Of a stretch of DNA of 33,385 nucleotides, positions 21,507-29,695 are shown in pieces. Positions within the stretch are counted from its first letter, which is position 1; each line of letters starts with the position of its first letter. Origin of the DNA: Alphaproteobacteria bacterium (GTDB lineage: Bacteria > Pseudomonadota > Alphaproteobacteria > Micavibrionales > UBA2020); assembly GCA_029266795.1 (NCBI GenBank), contig JAQSWE010000020.1:1-33385 (forward strand). Direction: 5' to 3'. Below the pieces are notes generated by a model. The model saw nothing but the letters and a program-made list of their open reading frames with translations. It searched no databases and was not told the DNA's origin. Made by a program: the position numbers and the translations under genes.

Positions 21507-22319
21507 TTAAGGCGAGGGCGGAAGATAGGGCGGCTTGGTCAGCTTGGGGTTTTTGATCGCGTCGAGCTCTTCGGTCAGCTCTTTTACCTTCACCTGTAGG
21601 TCGCGGATGGCGAACATTTCTTCTTTTACCTCTTCGAGGAGGGCGCGGTTGCCGCGGAAGCCTTCTTTCTTCGCGCCTTCGATCGCCTCGTCGATATTCG
21701 CGCCGTGGCGCTCGACCAGATAGCGCACAACCTGTTTCTTGTCGCGGCTTGCCGCTTCGCGCAAGGCCCATTGCAGGTTTTTTGGGGGCGTGCCGATCGC
21801 CTCCACCAGCAGGGTATAGGCGCGCAACGCACCCTGTTGCAGCGCGGTTTCCGCCAGCCGTTCGGGGTTCTTGATATTGGCGACGCCGCCTTCGATCAGC
21901 CGCTCGACCAGCATCGCCTTGCGCCCGTCATCAATGCCGGAATGCAGCACGTTCGAGATAATATGCGACCAGCCGTCCGATTTGTTGAAATCGATGCCGG
22001 CGTCGAGGAAATGCTCGAAGGTGTCGTAGCGTTTATCGTTGATGGCGTTGCGGAACTGTTTTTCAAGGAAGCTGTCGCGCGCCGCGCGGTCTTCGAAGCC
22101 CCAGCGCGCCCAGTCTTCGTCGCTTGCCTCTTTCGCAAAAAACTTTATCGTCTCCGGCTGCAAGCGCCAGCTGTCATAGCGTCCATAGCCGCGCTTCTCC
22201 AGCTCTTCTAGCTGCTTTAAAATATTCTTGTCTTCATAGCCCAGCCAGTCGCGCAAACGCTCCACGTTGTTTTCGCGCGCGGCCTGAACGAATTCATAGG
22301 AACTGCCGACATACTTCAT
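21507..22319 (-). CDS. Ankyrin-like repeat protein with C-terminal coiled coil (paralog C)
   Basis: FLDAGIDFN; ALREAASRDKKQVVRYLVERHGANID; heptad C-terminus. Confidence 0.75.
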   Translation of the reverse strand: MKYVGSSYEFVQAARENNVERLRDWLGYEDKNILKQLEELEKRGYGRYDSWRLQPETIKFFAKEASDEDWARWGFEDRAARDSFLEKQFRNAINDKRYDTFEHFLDAGIDFNKSDGWSHIISNVLHSGIDDGRKAMLVERLIEGGVANIKNPERLAETALQQGALRAYTLLVEAIGTPPKNLQWALREAASRDKKQVVRYLVERHGANIDEAIEGAKKEGFRGNRALLEEVKEEMFAIRDLQVKVKELTEELDAIKNPKLTKPPYLPPSP

Positions 22320-22870
22320 CTGCGGTCCGGCTCCGGCTGCTGCAGCATGAACGGCGGCGACCTGTCGATCAGGCCTTTCGTGGCGAAGAAGGCGACGACA
22401 TCGCGGAGATTGGCGCGGTTGGCAAAAGCGACGGCGCGCTCGGGAAAGGTCATGTTGCTGTGCCCTTGCTCCAGCATCTGCGCAATATAACGCAGCCTGT
22501 CCGAATCTTCGATGGGCGACAGGACGACACGCAGCATCGCTTCGGTGCCGTGCCGGCCGTTGAAATGATTTTTTTCTTTACGGATGATAACGTCCAGCGC
22601 CGGGATGTTCCGGGCTTCGAGCAGGCGCGACAGCACATGAAGGAACGGCGTGCCCTCGTCGATATCTTTCTCGTTGGCGGCGCCGTTTTTTCCCGTCAGC
22701 ACCGCCGCCATTTGCGGCGTCAGGGCGGCGGCAAGTTTTTCGTCCAGCAGTTCCGACAATTTGTAGCCCTTCACCTCGCGCGCCAGCCGTTCGGCGACCA
22801 GCACATCGTCCTTCAGAATGGCGTCGCGCAGCTTGCCTGCGGCGGTCTGGAAAACGCCTTTCATGCTCAT
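22316..22870 (-). CDS. Short ankyrin-like paralog B
   Basis: Collinear with the first ~170 aa of both neighbours; ATGA-coupled on both sides. Confidence 0.7.
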   Translation of the reverse strand: MSMKGVFQTAAGKLRDAILKDDVLVAERLAREVKGYKLSELLDEKLAAALTPQMAAVLTGKNGAANEKDIDEGTPFLHVLSRLLEARNIPALDVIIRKEKNHFNGRHGTEAMLRVVLSPIEDSDRLRYIAQMLEQGHSNMTFPERAVAFANRANLRDVVAFFATKGLIDRSPPFMLQQPEPDRR

Positions 22871-23709
22871 GGCGACGGGTTCCGCAGCACAGGCTTGTTC
22901 AGCGACGTATCCGGCTGCAGCTTCGCCAGCTTTTCCGTCAGCTCCCGCACGGTGTCCTGCAGCGACCCCACTTCGGCGGTCAGGGTTTCAACTGTGCGGA
23001 GCGCGGGCGCGGCAGGCAGCTTCTTTTTCAAATCCCCGAGGAATTCGAAAACATCCTTGTTACCCAGCGCCATTTCCGTCGAAATCGCAAGGTCGATATC
23101 CGCGCCATGGCGCGTTACTAAATGCAGTGCCATGTCCGTTGATTGGCCGCGCGCAGCGCCGCGCAGCAGTTGCTCGTTGTTCTTGTGCAAGTCAAGGCCG
23201 ATGGCGGCGAACAGGTCGACCGCTTCAGTAAATTTTTTATCTACCGCTATTTGCAACGATTTGTCCGTATCCTGCATCCCGTCATAGCCCTTGGCGAGCA
23301 TTTGTTTCATCATGCGCAGCTTCACATCGTCGGGAAACGCGCTTGCGATCACGATCCCCAGAAACCAGCTGCCCGTTTTCTGGTTAAAATCCGTGCCCCC
23401 CCTCTCCATCAGCATTTCGGCAATCTCCAACCGGTTACGGCGGATTGCGTCGCCGAGCATGGAATCGAGGATCGTCTGTTTCGAGCCCGGTTTCATCTCC
23501 CAGCGGCCCAGTACCGTGTCATCGAGCTTTTCGATCAGCAGCCCCGCCATGCGGGGCGTTATGTCGGCCACGTACTCGCCGCGCAGTAGTTCTATAAAAA
23601 AGTCGTAACTCTTTTTCTGCATCAGCTGCTCCATGCGCGGCAGGTCGTCGGTTTTCACCGTTTCGCGGAAGGCGTCTGATTTGGACTGGAAGATGCGGGA
23701 CAGTTTCAT
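22867..23709 (-). CDS. Ankyrin-like repeat protein with C-terminal coiled coil (paralog A)
   Basis: AIRRNRLEIAEMLMERG; LLRGAARGQSTDMALHLVTRHGADID; start taken at ATG 23709. Confidence 0.78.
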   Translation of the reverse strand: MKLSRIFQSKSDAFRETVKTDDLPRMEQLMQKKSYDFFIELLRGEYVADITPRMAGLLIEKLDDTVLGRWEMKPGSKQTILDSMLGDAIRRNRLEIAEMLMERGGTDFNQKTGSWFLGIVIASAFPDDVKLRMMKQMLAKGYDGMQDTDKSLQIAVDKKFTEAVDLFAAIGLDLHKNNEQLLRGAARGQSTDMALHLVTRHGADIDLAISTEMALGNKDVFEFLGDLKKKLPAAPALRTVETLTAEVGSLQDTVRELTEKLAKLQPDTSLNKPVLRNPSP

Positions 23710-23763
23710 GGCAAAACCAAAGGATCGGTTGGCGAAGGGAAGATGCCCTTGAGCGCCTGCCAA

Positions 23764-23793
23764 AACTTACGCCGGATGGGTGGATTATGTCAA
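23764..23793 (-). promoter_or_regulatory. Promoter of the ankyrin-like operon
   Basis: TTGACA-TAATCCACCCATCCGGCG-TAAGTT on the minus strand. Confidence 0.55.
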
Positions 23794-23795
23794 CT

Positions 23796-24506
23796 TTAAA
23801 GCTGAAACGGCTTATGCGGTTTTGCGTCGTTTTTAGGGGTGCTTTGCGGGGTGACCGTCAAGACGAAATCGCGCAGCAATTCCAATGCCTTGGGGCTGGC
23901 ATCATGCTTCTGGCCAGTGATGATTTCGGCCTCGGCCCTGAATTGCTGTTCCTTTAGAACGGTTTGGAACCACACCGCATGGGGCGCGCCGGAATAGTGC
24001 TGGTTTTCCAGCTCCCCCGCCACCAGCTTGACCGGCGGTTTTGATTTCACCTCGGCAAGGTCGAGCGCGCCGCCCGAAATGGCGAAGACGCCGGCGACTT
24101 CCGTTTCGCGGGAGAGGCCCGTATAAACCGCCATCGTGCCGCCCTGCGAAAAGCCCGCGATGACGACGCGGTTTTCCGGCAGGCCCGCTTCCGCCGCGAT
24201 TTTCGTGATGTAATCGTTGAGCTCAGCTGCGGTCGCCGGCGCGCGTTCCTGCGCAGTGCGTCGCAACAGGCCAATATCATCCTGCCGGTCGATCACGTCG
24301 CGCAGTTCGAACCAGCTGTGGTTGTTGAAGCCCATCTGCACGGGCGCATCGGGGAAATGCAGTTTCGCATTCGGCAGCATCGGCCCGAGGATGTCGCCGA
24401 CATACTGGCGCATCAGGTCGCCCGACGAGCCGTAGCCATGCATAAACACAACCAAAGTCTCGGGTTTCTTGCCGCTTTCGGGATCGCGCGAATAATCCTG
24501 AATCAT
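23796..24506 (-). CDS. Phospholipase/carboxylesterase (YpfH-like alpha/beta hydrolase)
   Basis: LVVFMHGYGS, PDAP, SWF and AGFSQGG nucleophile elbow; C-terminal His (GQKH). Confidence 0.88.
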   Translation of the reverse strand: MIQDYSRDPESGKKPETLVVFMHGYGSSGDLMRQYVGDILGPMLPNAKLHFPDAPVQMGFNNHSWFELRDVIDRQDDIGLLRRTAQERAPATAAELNDYITKIAAEAGLPENRVVIAGFSQGGTMAVYTGLSRETEVAGVFAISGGALDLAEVKSKPPVKLVAGELENQHYSGAPHAVWFQTVLKEQQFRAEAEIITGQKHDASPKALELLRDFVLTVTPQSTPKNDAKPHKPFQL

Positions 24507-24542
24507 GAACGCCCGTTGCCTAAATTGCTGAAAACAGGCACT

Positions 24543-24571
24543 ACTTTATAATATTATGATAATTAAGTCAA
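24543..24571 (-). promoter_or_regulatory. Sigma70-like promoter
   Basis: TTGACT-N17-TAAAGT upstream of ATG 24506. Confidence 0.55.
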
Positions 24572-24582
24572 GCGTCTGGATA

Positions 24583-25218
24583 TTATCCCAAAGGACGGGT
24601 ATTGCCCATCTGCGCCTGCGCCTTCTGCTGCATGGCCTGCGATTCCATGATCGCGCGGCGGAATTCGATGGGGGTTTCGATGGGCGGCAGAACGACCTCG
24701 CCCACGCCCATGCCGCGGATGACGACGTTGCCATAGCCGAAGATACGGCCCAGCACGCCCTGGCGAACCGACACACCCTCGATCCGGTCGATGTTCAGCT
24801 CACCCACGTTGCGGGCGATGAGGCCTTTTTTGTAGACGAGGCGCTCCGACGTGACCGCGATTTCGGTTGTCGCCTTCACGATCATCATATGCGCGAAGAA
24901 ATAAAGGCCGAGCAGGAACATGCCGAGGATGCTGAAGCGGATCAGCGGGTGCAGCGCCCAGAGGATTTTCAGGTAGCCGCCTTTTTTCGCGACGATCTGG
25001 TTCCAGGCCATGTCGTACATCTGCTTTTCCATGTCGGGCGGATACAGCGCGCGCATTTCCTGCGACACCACCCACCAGATCGCGACATAGCCGACCGCGA
25101 TGCCGAGCGCGAGGCCGAACATGATCCAGCCGATCGCCTGCAGCGTGTACATCCAGTGGAAGCGCGCCCCCATCAGGATTTCTTCTTTCGGGCCGAGTGA
25201 CTGCTGGACGTAAAGCAT
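24583..25218 (-). CDS. Bacterial PH-domain (bPH_2-like) membrane protein
   Basis: YVQQSLGPKEE, two TMs, TTEIAVTSERLVYKKGLIAR, IEGVSVRQGVLGRIFGYG. Confidence 0.85.
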   Translation of the reverse strand: MLYVQQSLGPKEEILMGARFHWMYTLQAIGWIMFGLALGIAVGYVAIWWVVSQEMRALYPPDMEKQMYDMAWNQIVAKKGGYLKILWALHPLIRFSILGMFLLGLYFFAHMMIVKATTEIAVTSERLVYKKGLIARNVGELNIDRIEGVSVRQGVLGRIFGYGNVVIRGMGVGEVVLPPIETPIEFRRAIMESQAMQQKAQAQMGNTRPLG

Positions 25219-25261
25219 GTGACTTCCTTAACCGTTCGACCCTATCTTAACCAAGGCCGTC

Positions 25262-26344
25262 TTAATCGCCAAGGCAAATGCCGAGCATGCGCGCGGTATG
25301 CACCAGCGGGCCTTTCACATCGACCTGCTGGTAGGACGCAATCGCGTCCTGAATCGGCACATCGATCACGCCGCGGTTCGACCAGGCGACCATTCTGTCA
25401 AATTTGCCTTCCGCAACCAGTTCAACCGCGCGCACGCCGAACGCTGCCGCCACAAGACGGTCGGACGGAATGGGCGGCGCGCCGCGCTGGACGTGGCCGA
25501 GGACGGTCACGCGTGTTTCGAAGCCCGTGAGTTCCGCAATTTGCTCGCCGATATGGTAGCCGATGCCGCCGAAGCGTTTTTCGCCGCCCTTGTATTCCAT
25601 CTGCTTGGCGCCGCCTTCAATCGTTTTCACGGCTTCAGAGACAACGACGAGCGCGAAGTTGCGCTGTTCGGTGTCGCGCACCTTGATGATCTTCTCGGCG
25701 ACTTTTTTGATGTCGTAGGGAATTTCGGGGATGAGAATCACATCAGCGCCGCCCGCGATGCCTGTGGAAATGGCGATATTGCCCGCGTCGCGGCCCATCA
25801 CTTCCAGCACCATCACGCGATCATGCGACGCGGCGGTCGGCTGCAAACGGTCCAGTGCTTCTGTTGCGACATAGAGCGCGGTTTCAAAGCCCACCGACAT
25901 TTCCGTCATGCCGACATCGTTGTCGATTGTTTTCGGCACACAGACGAGGCCGAATTTTCCGCGCTGCGCCAGCGTGCGCAAAATCGCCATCGAGCCGTCG
26001 CCGCCGATGCCGATCACGGCTTCGAGGCCCAGCTGCTGGATGCCGTCAATGATTTCGCCGGTGCGGTCTTTTTCCGTGCCGTCTTCCATCGGGAATTTAA
26101 ACGGGTTGCCCTTGTTCGTAGTGCCAAGGATCGTGCCGCCCTGGCGCATCACGGTGGTGTCGAACATCGCGCGGTTCAGCACCTTGTAACGCAAGGGACG
26201 GTCGAGCAGGCCGGCCGTGCCGTCTTCCAGCCCGATCACTTCCCAGCCCTTTTCCGCCGCCGCGTGGACCGCCGCGCGAATAACCGCGTTGAGTCCCGCG
26301 CAATCCCCGCCCGAAGTCAGGATGCCGATGCGTTTCTTTCCCAT
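25262..26344 (-). CDS. pfkA: 6-phosphofructokinase (PfkA family)
   Basis: ILTSGGDCAGLN, GGTILGT, GGDGS, PKTIDND, EVMGRDAG and LGHVQRG motifs. Confidence 0.96.
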   Translation of the reverse strand: MGKKRIGILTSGGDCAGLNAVIRAAVHAAAEKGWEVIGLEDGTAGLLDRPLRYKVLNRAMFDTTVMRQGGTILGTTNKGNPFKFPMEDGTEKDRTGEIIDGIQQLGLEAVIGIGGDGSMAILRTLAQRGKFGLVCVPKTIDNDVGMTEMSVGFETALYVATEALDRLQPTAASHDRVMVLEVMGRDAGNIAISTGIAGGADVILIPEIPYDIKKVAEKIIKVRDTEQRNFALVVVSEAVKTIEGGAKQMEYKGGEKRFGGIGYHIGEQIAELTGFETRVTVLGHVQRGAPPIPSDRLVAAAFGVRAVELVAEGKFDRMVAWSNRGVIDVPIQDAIASYQQVDVKGPLVHTARMLGICLGD

Positions 26345-26530
26345 ATTATATTTCCCTTAACGATTATGCCGTATATTTATTAGAGCGCCCCGTTGAATCG
26401 AACGGCTTTTTGCCATGAGAGTCGGGCTTGGCGCATTGCAACAAATAAAGCTTAAAAAAACAAGGGTTTCCTGATAATATATTTGTGCCTTATAACAAGG
26501 CCGACGAAAAAAAGGACTGTTACGGATCCG

Positions 26531-26737
26531 ATGCTGCAAGAAGACGAAAAAGACATCCAGAAAATGATGCACGAGCTCAAGACCGAGCACCGTGACCTCG
26601 ACATTATCCTCCAGCAGCTGAGCAACGCCACGCCCATCGACTTCCTGCGCCTTCAGCGCCTGAAAAAACGGAAACTGTTTTTGAAGGATTCGATCTCGAA
26701 GCTCGAGAGCATGCTGCTGCCGGATATTATCGCTTAA
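26531..26737 (+). CDS. YdcH/DUF465 family protein
   Basis: EHRDLD...RLKKRKLFLKD...LLPDIIA signature. Confidence 0.9.
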   Translation: MLQEDEKDIQKMMHELKTEHRDLDIILQQLSNATPIDFLRLQRLKKRKLFLKDSISKLESMLLPDIIA

Positions 26738-26750
26738 TTTTCATAAATAA

Positions 26751-26844
26751 TTGTCATTCTGAGCGAAGCGAAGAATCTCCCTTCGCGGGCGAGCACCGGA
26801 TTGCCTCGCGTCAGGGGGATTCTTCGCTCCGCTCAGAATGACAA
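26751..26844. repeat. REP/REPIN-like palindrome (GTCATTCTGAGCGAAGCGAAGAATC type)
   Basis: 32-bp inverted arms at 26751-26782 and 26813-26844 with 2 mismatches. Confidence 0.85.
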
Positions 26845-26877
26845 CTCTTTTCTCTCCCTCCCCTATTCCGCCACTTC

Positions 26878-26986
26878 ACCATGCCGGACTTGTTCCGGCA
26901 TCCAAAAGCGCGTCCGCGCGTCATATAAGTTTTGAGTCACTTGACGGCTGGACAGCCTTTTGGACCCCGCAACAAGCGCGGGGGGG
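26878..26986. repeat. Degenerate second palindromic element (alphaproteobacterial RPE/RIME-like)
   Basis: Terminal mini-hairpins ATGCCGGACTTGTTCCGGCAT and CCCCGCAACAAGCGCGGGG; internal partial inverted repeat TCCAAAAG..GTCC..CGTCA / TGACG..GGAC..CTTTTGGA. Confidence 0.6.
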
Positions 26987-26999
26987 CAGACGAGTTTTA

Positions 27000-27438
27000 T
27001 TATTTTCTCGAAGCTGTTGGCAGGCTTATCGTGTCGAGGGTGAGCCTATCCCCCGGTTCGATCGTGTAGACGGGAAGGTAAAGGTTTTTCGGAGCCGGAC
27101 CGTTACGTACACGCCCCGATTTATCGTAACTGGAACCGCAGCGTGGACACTGCCAACCACCCCATTTTCCGCGAGGGAAGTTTGCGTGTTCAAACATAAG
27201 TGGACAGTCATTAAGCGTACACATCCCGTTCACGACGAGCCATTCAGACAAAACTAATCCGTGCACCAGCTTTAATGTTTTTGAGATCAATATTGGTTAT
27301 GCCGCGACCCCACACATCCGCCGCCGGATTCATGCTGTTGATCATCACCAGTCCGGACGTGCCAACCGCAATCGCGCCCATTGCATAGGCGGTGTAGGTG
27401 AGGAAGCTGCGGCGGTTTTGGGGTTGGGCGTGGTCCAT
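27000..27438 (-). pseudogene. Split, divergent PetA-like Rieske protein paralog
   Basis: 5' ORF (27244-27438, GAGGA RBS): RRSFL Tat motif, [20 protein letters not shown]. 3' ORF: [30 protein letters not shown]. Joined by a +1 frame change at about 27245 with the central segment missing. Confidence 0.8.
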
Positions 27439-27511
27439 GACCAATCCTCGTAAAATTAATTAGTAAATTCAATTCAATAGTATCGGCGTGCTAGCTCACA
27501 TCGCGTAAAAC

Positions 27512-27539
27512 TTGACATAACCACCCATTCCGCTACCCT
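27512..27539 (+). promoter_or_regulatory. Promoter of the orphan gene cluster
   Basis: TTGACA-TAACCACCCATTCCGC-TACCCT, 28 nt before ATG 27568. Confidence 0.5.
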
Positions 27540-27567
27540 GCCCCCGTATTCAAACGAGGGTTTTTTC

Positions 27568-28545
27568 ATGCCGTTCTATCTCGGCGTTGCGCAGCGCGAT
27601 GTGGTTGCATCCATTCACGATAATCTTGCCCTGCTGGAGACATATTCGGTGGGTCCGGCGGTGCAGGCGCAAATCGATGCGTTGCGCGCGGTTGACCCTG
27701 CCACCGGCACATCGAAACTGGGCGCGATTGCGGCGGCGCTCGACGATATGTCGCTGATCCATGCGGTAAAAAATTCGGGCGTGACGGATGTGTTTGGCGC
27801 CGTTGCGGAAGTGCTGCATTTCCACGCGCAGGCGAACACCGATAACAAAGGCACGGCGCTGTGGCAGTCGCTGATGAGCTGGAACGGGCTCGGCAATGGC
27901 CGCACGCTCAGCTATGGCGACACCGATGCGGAATGCGACAGCTGGCTGGCCGTGAACCGCGCGAAGCTGATCCCGATGACGCAGGAGAACCTCGATAAAA
28001 TCCACACCATCGCCCATGTGACGTCACAGAAGCAGGACGCGATTAACAACGCCATGGTCGTGATGACGTCGATGGTGTCCGTCCATCACACGGGCGGCGA
28101 TGTCGATAACATGAAGCATTTGTTCCTGAAACTCGACCTTCATGAGCGCCATATCGTGAACAAGACCTTTGCCGCGATCACGCAGGAAAACGCGCCGCAC
28201 ATCCACGCCCCCGGACCCTATGCGCTTTATGGCGTCGTGATCGACGACATGACATCGGGCAAGATCGGCTGGGGCGACGAGAGCCTGCAGCCGCTGGTGG
28301 AGCGCACCTCTGCCGCGCTGCAGCCGTATCAATCGACCGGCGAGGTGCAGCGTTTCATGGTCGGCCGCATCACGCCGCCGGAAGCAGCCGAGCAGCTGGA
28401 AGGTTTCCTGATCGTATCCACCCGCCGCGCGGGGCAGGCTGTTGCGAACGCTCTGCCGGAATTCCGCGTCGTCGACCGCGACGGCGTCACCCTGCCCGCA
28501 CAATCATCACCGCACCCGAAACCGGGCAGCCGCTTTTCAATTTAA
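27568..28545 (+). CDS. Hypothetical protein (325 aa)
   Basis: GAGG RBS; host-like GC3-rich codons; no recognisable domain; PHPKPGSRFSI tail. Confidence 0.75.
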   Translation: MPFYLGVAQRDVVASIHDNLALLETYSVGPAVQAQIDALRAVDPATGTSKLGAIAAALDDMSLIHAVKNSGVTDVFGAVAEVLHFHAQANTDNKGTALWQSLMSWNGLGNGRTLSYGDTDAECDSWLAVNRAKLIPMTQENLDKIHTIAHVTSQKQDAINNAMVVMTSMVSVHHTGGDVDNMKHLFLKLDLHERHIVNKTFAAITQENAPHIHAPGPYALYGVVIDDMTSGKIGWGDESLQPLVERTSAALQPYQSTGEVQRFMVGRITPPEAAEQLEGFLIVSTRRAGQAVANALPEFRVVDRDGVTLPAQSSPHPKPGSRFSI

Positions 28546-28557
28546 GGAGAATAAAAA

Positions 28558-29055
28558 ATGACCGCCAAGAAACTTGATATCGGCTTCCAGCGCACGCTGG
28601 ATACCATTTCCCTCAGCGACGCTTTCCGCCGCCATGCCGGATACGGCGAGCCGCTGCTGGTGAAGGAAATGGTCAAGGAAGCGCGCCGCTTTGCCGCATT
28701 GGCGACATGGTACGATCCGGGCGAAAAATTCCGCCATGAAGACCTGAAGAAATCCTTCGCCGCCATCGTCACGCGCATGGCCGATCTGGGCAAGAAACTG
28801 GGCGCTGATAATATCGTGCTGCCCGTCAGCGGCGATCCGCGCAGTTCCTTCGCCCAGTTCTTTGAACAAAAAGTCCTGCCCGAATTGAAACTGCCCGTTG
28901 CCGTCAGCCTGCAAAAGGCCGAATACAAAACCGACCTGACGCGCCTTGGCAAGATCGACCATCGCATCAAGACCGCGATCGATAAAGGCGTGCGCGGCAT
29001 GGCCGATATCAACAGCAACCTGAAATACAAATGGGACCGCAACCCCGGCCGCTAA
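28558..29055 (+). CDS. Hypothetical protein (165 aa)
   Basis: TAAGGAG RBS; host-like codons; basic and helical. Confidence 0.78.
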   Translation: MTAKKLDIGFQRTLDTISLSDAFRRHAGYGEPLLVKEMVKEARRFAALATWYDPGEKFRHEDLKKSFAAIVTRMADLGKKLGADNIVLPVSGDPRSSFAQFFEQKVLPELKLPVAVSLQKAEYKTDLTRLGKIDHRIKTAIDKGVRGMADINSNLKYKWDRNPGR

Positions 29056-29070
29056 AAGGAAACTTAAGCC

Positions 29071-29613
29071 TTGTTACGCCGCATCGCATATCTTTGCCTC
29101 ATATTGCCGCTGCTCGGCGCTTGCGCGCAGGCCATCGGGCCGGAGGCGACGACCGACAAGATGCGCGGCGATACTTCGATGACTTACGTCTTCAAGAATG
29201 ACGTGCAATTGCTGCCCCGCACGCGGATCAGCGGTGCGGTATTGCAGGAAGGACAGCATTACCGCGCGCGCGGGCTGCTGGAAATCGACGGCGATGTACC
29301 GCCGCACGGGTCGCTCACCGTCACGGACGGCAAGTTGGTGGTGACCGGCAATGTCGCCCGCAACAGCCGCATTACCGTCATGCAGGATGTGGATACCTTC
29401 GAGGAATTCCGCAACGTGCCATGTAATGCGCCGCTGGAAACCACCGTCTGCCATGAAAAGGTCGAGGTTGTGCGCCGCAAGTTCAGCGACGGCGACCCTG
29501 CCGTCGATATTCGCGGCGCGCTGGGGACGGATGCGAAAATCATCACCAACGGGGCGGTCTACGTCTCGGGCCGCCGCTTCGAACATCCCGGCTACGTCGC
29601 CACCCTCCCGTAA
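29071..29613 (+). CDS. Lipoprotein with putative beta-helix (paralog 1)
   Basis: TTG start; lipobox LLGAC; repeated L/V-x-I/V-x-G-x-V units. Confidence 0.75.
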   Translation: MLRRIAYLCLILPLLGACAQAIGPEATTDKMRGDTSMTYVFKNDVQLLPRTRISGAVLQEGQHYRARGLLEIDGDVPPHGSLTVTDGKLVVTGNVARNSRITVMQDVDTFEEFRNVPCNAPLETTVCHEKVEVVRRKFSDGDPAVDIRGALGTDAKIITNGAVYVSGRRFEHPGYVATLP

Positions 29614-29695
29614 ATCAGGCACTTAGCCGAAAATCCGCGCGGTATCATGAAACCGTGTTATTATGTTCATATCGAGCATAACAACGGAGATTCGC

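Noticed and set aside
21442-21771. N-terminal extension of the acyltransferase ORF (406 aa)
   Set aside because: Overlaps the ankyrin-like gene in another frame and is Arg-rich nonsense; the real start is near 21441.
26346-26360. CtrA box upstream of pfkA (TTAT-N7-TTAA)
   Set aside because: One mismatch, overlaps the RBS region, single instance in AT-rich DNA; no perfect TTAA-N7-TTAA was found in the intergenic regions inspected.
16268-26800. Genomic island integrated at tRNA-Arg, with a possible att copy near 26773 (GAATCTCCCTTCGCGGGCG)
   Set aside because: The similarity to the tRNA 3' end is short and gapped and lies within the REP element; there is no integrase, and core genes lie inside the interval.
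26751-26986. CRISPR array
   Set aside because: The repeats are inverted and of two different types; no direct repeat-spacer periodicity and no cas genes.
27244-27250. prfB-like programmed +1 frameshift or selenocysteine readthrough at the Rieske TGA
   Set aside because: No CTT-TGA slippery site or SECIS-like hairpin is evident, in-frame readthrough stops again within a few codons, and a frameshift would not restore the missing segment.
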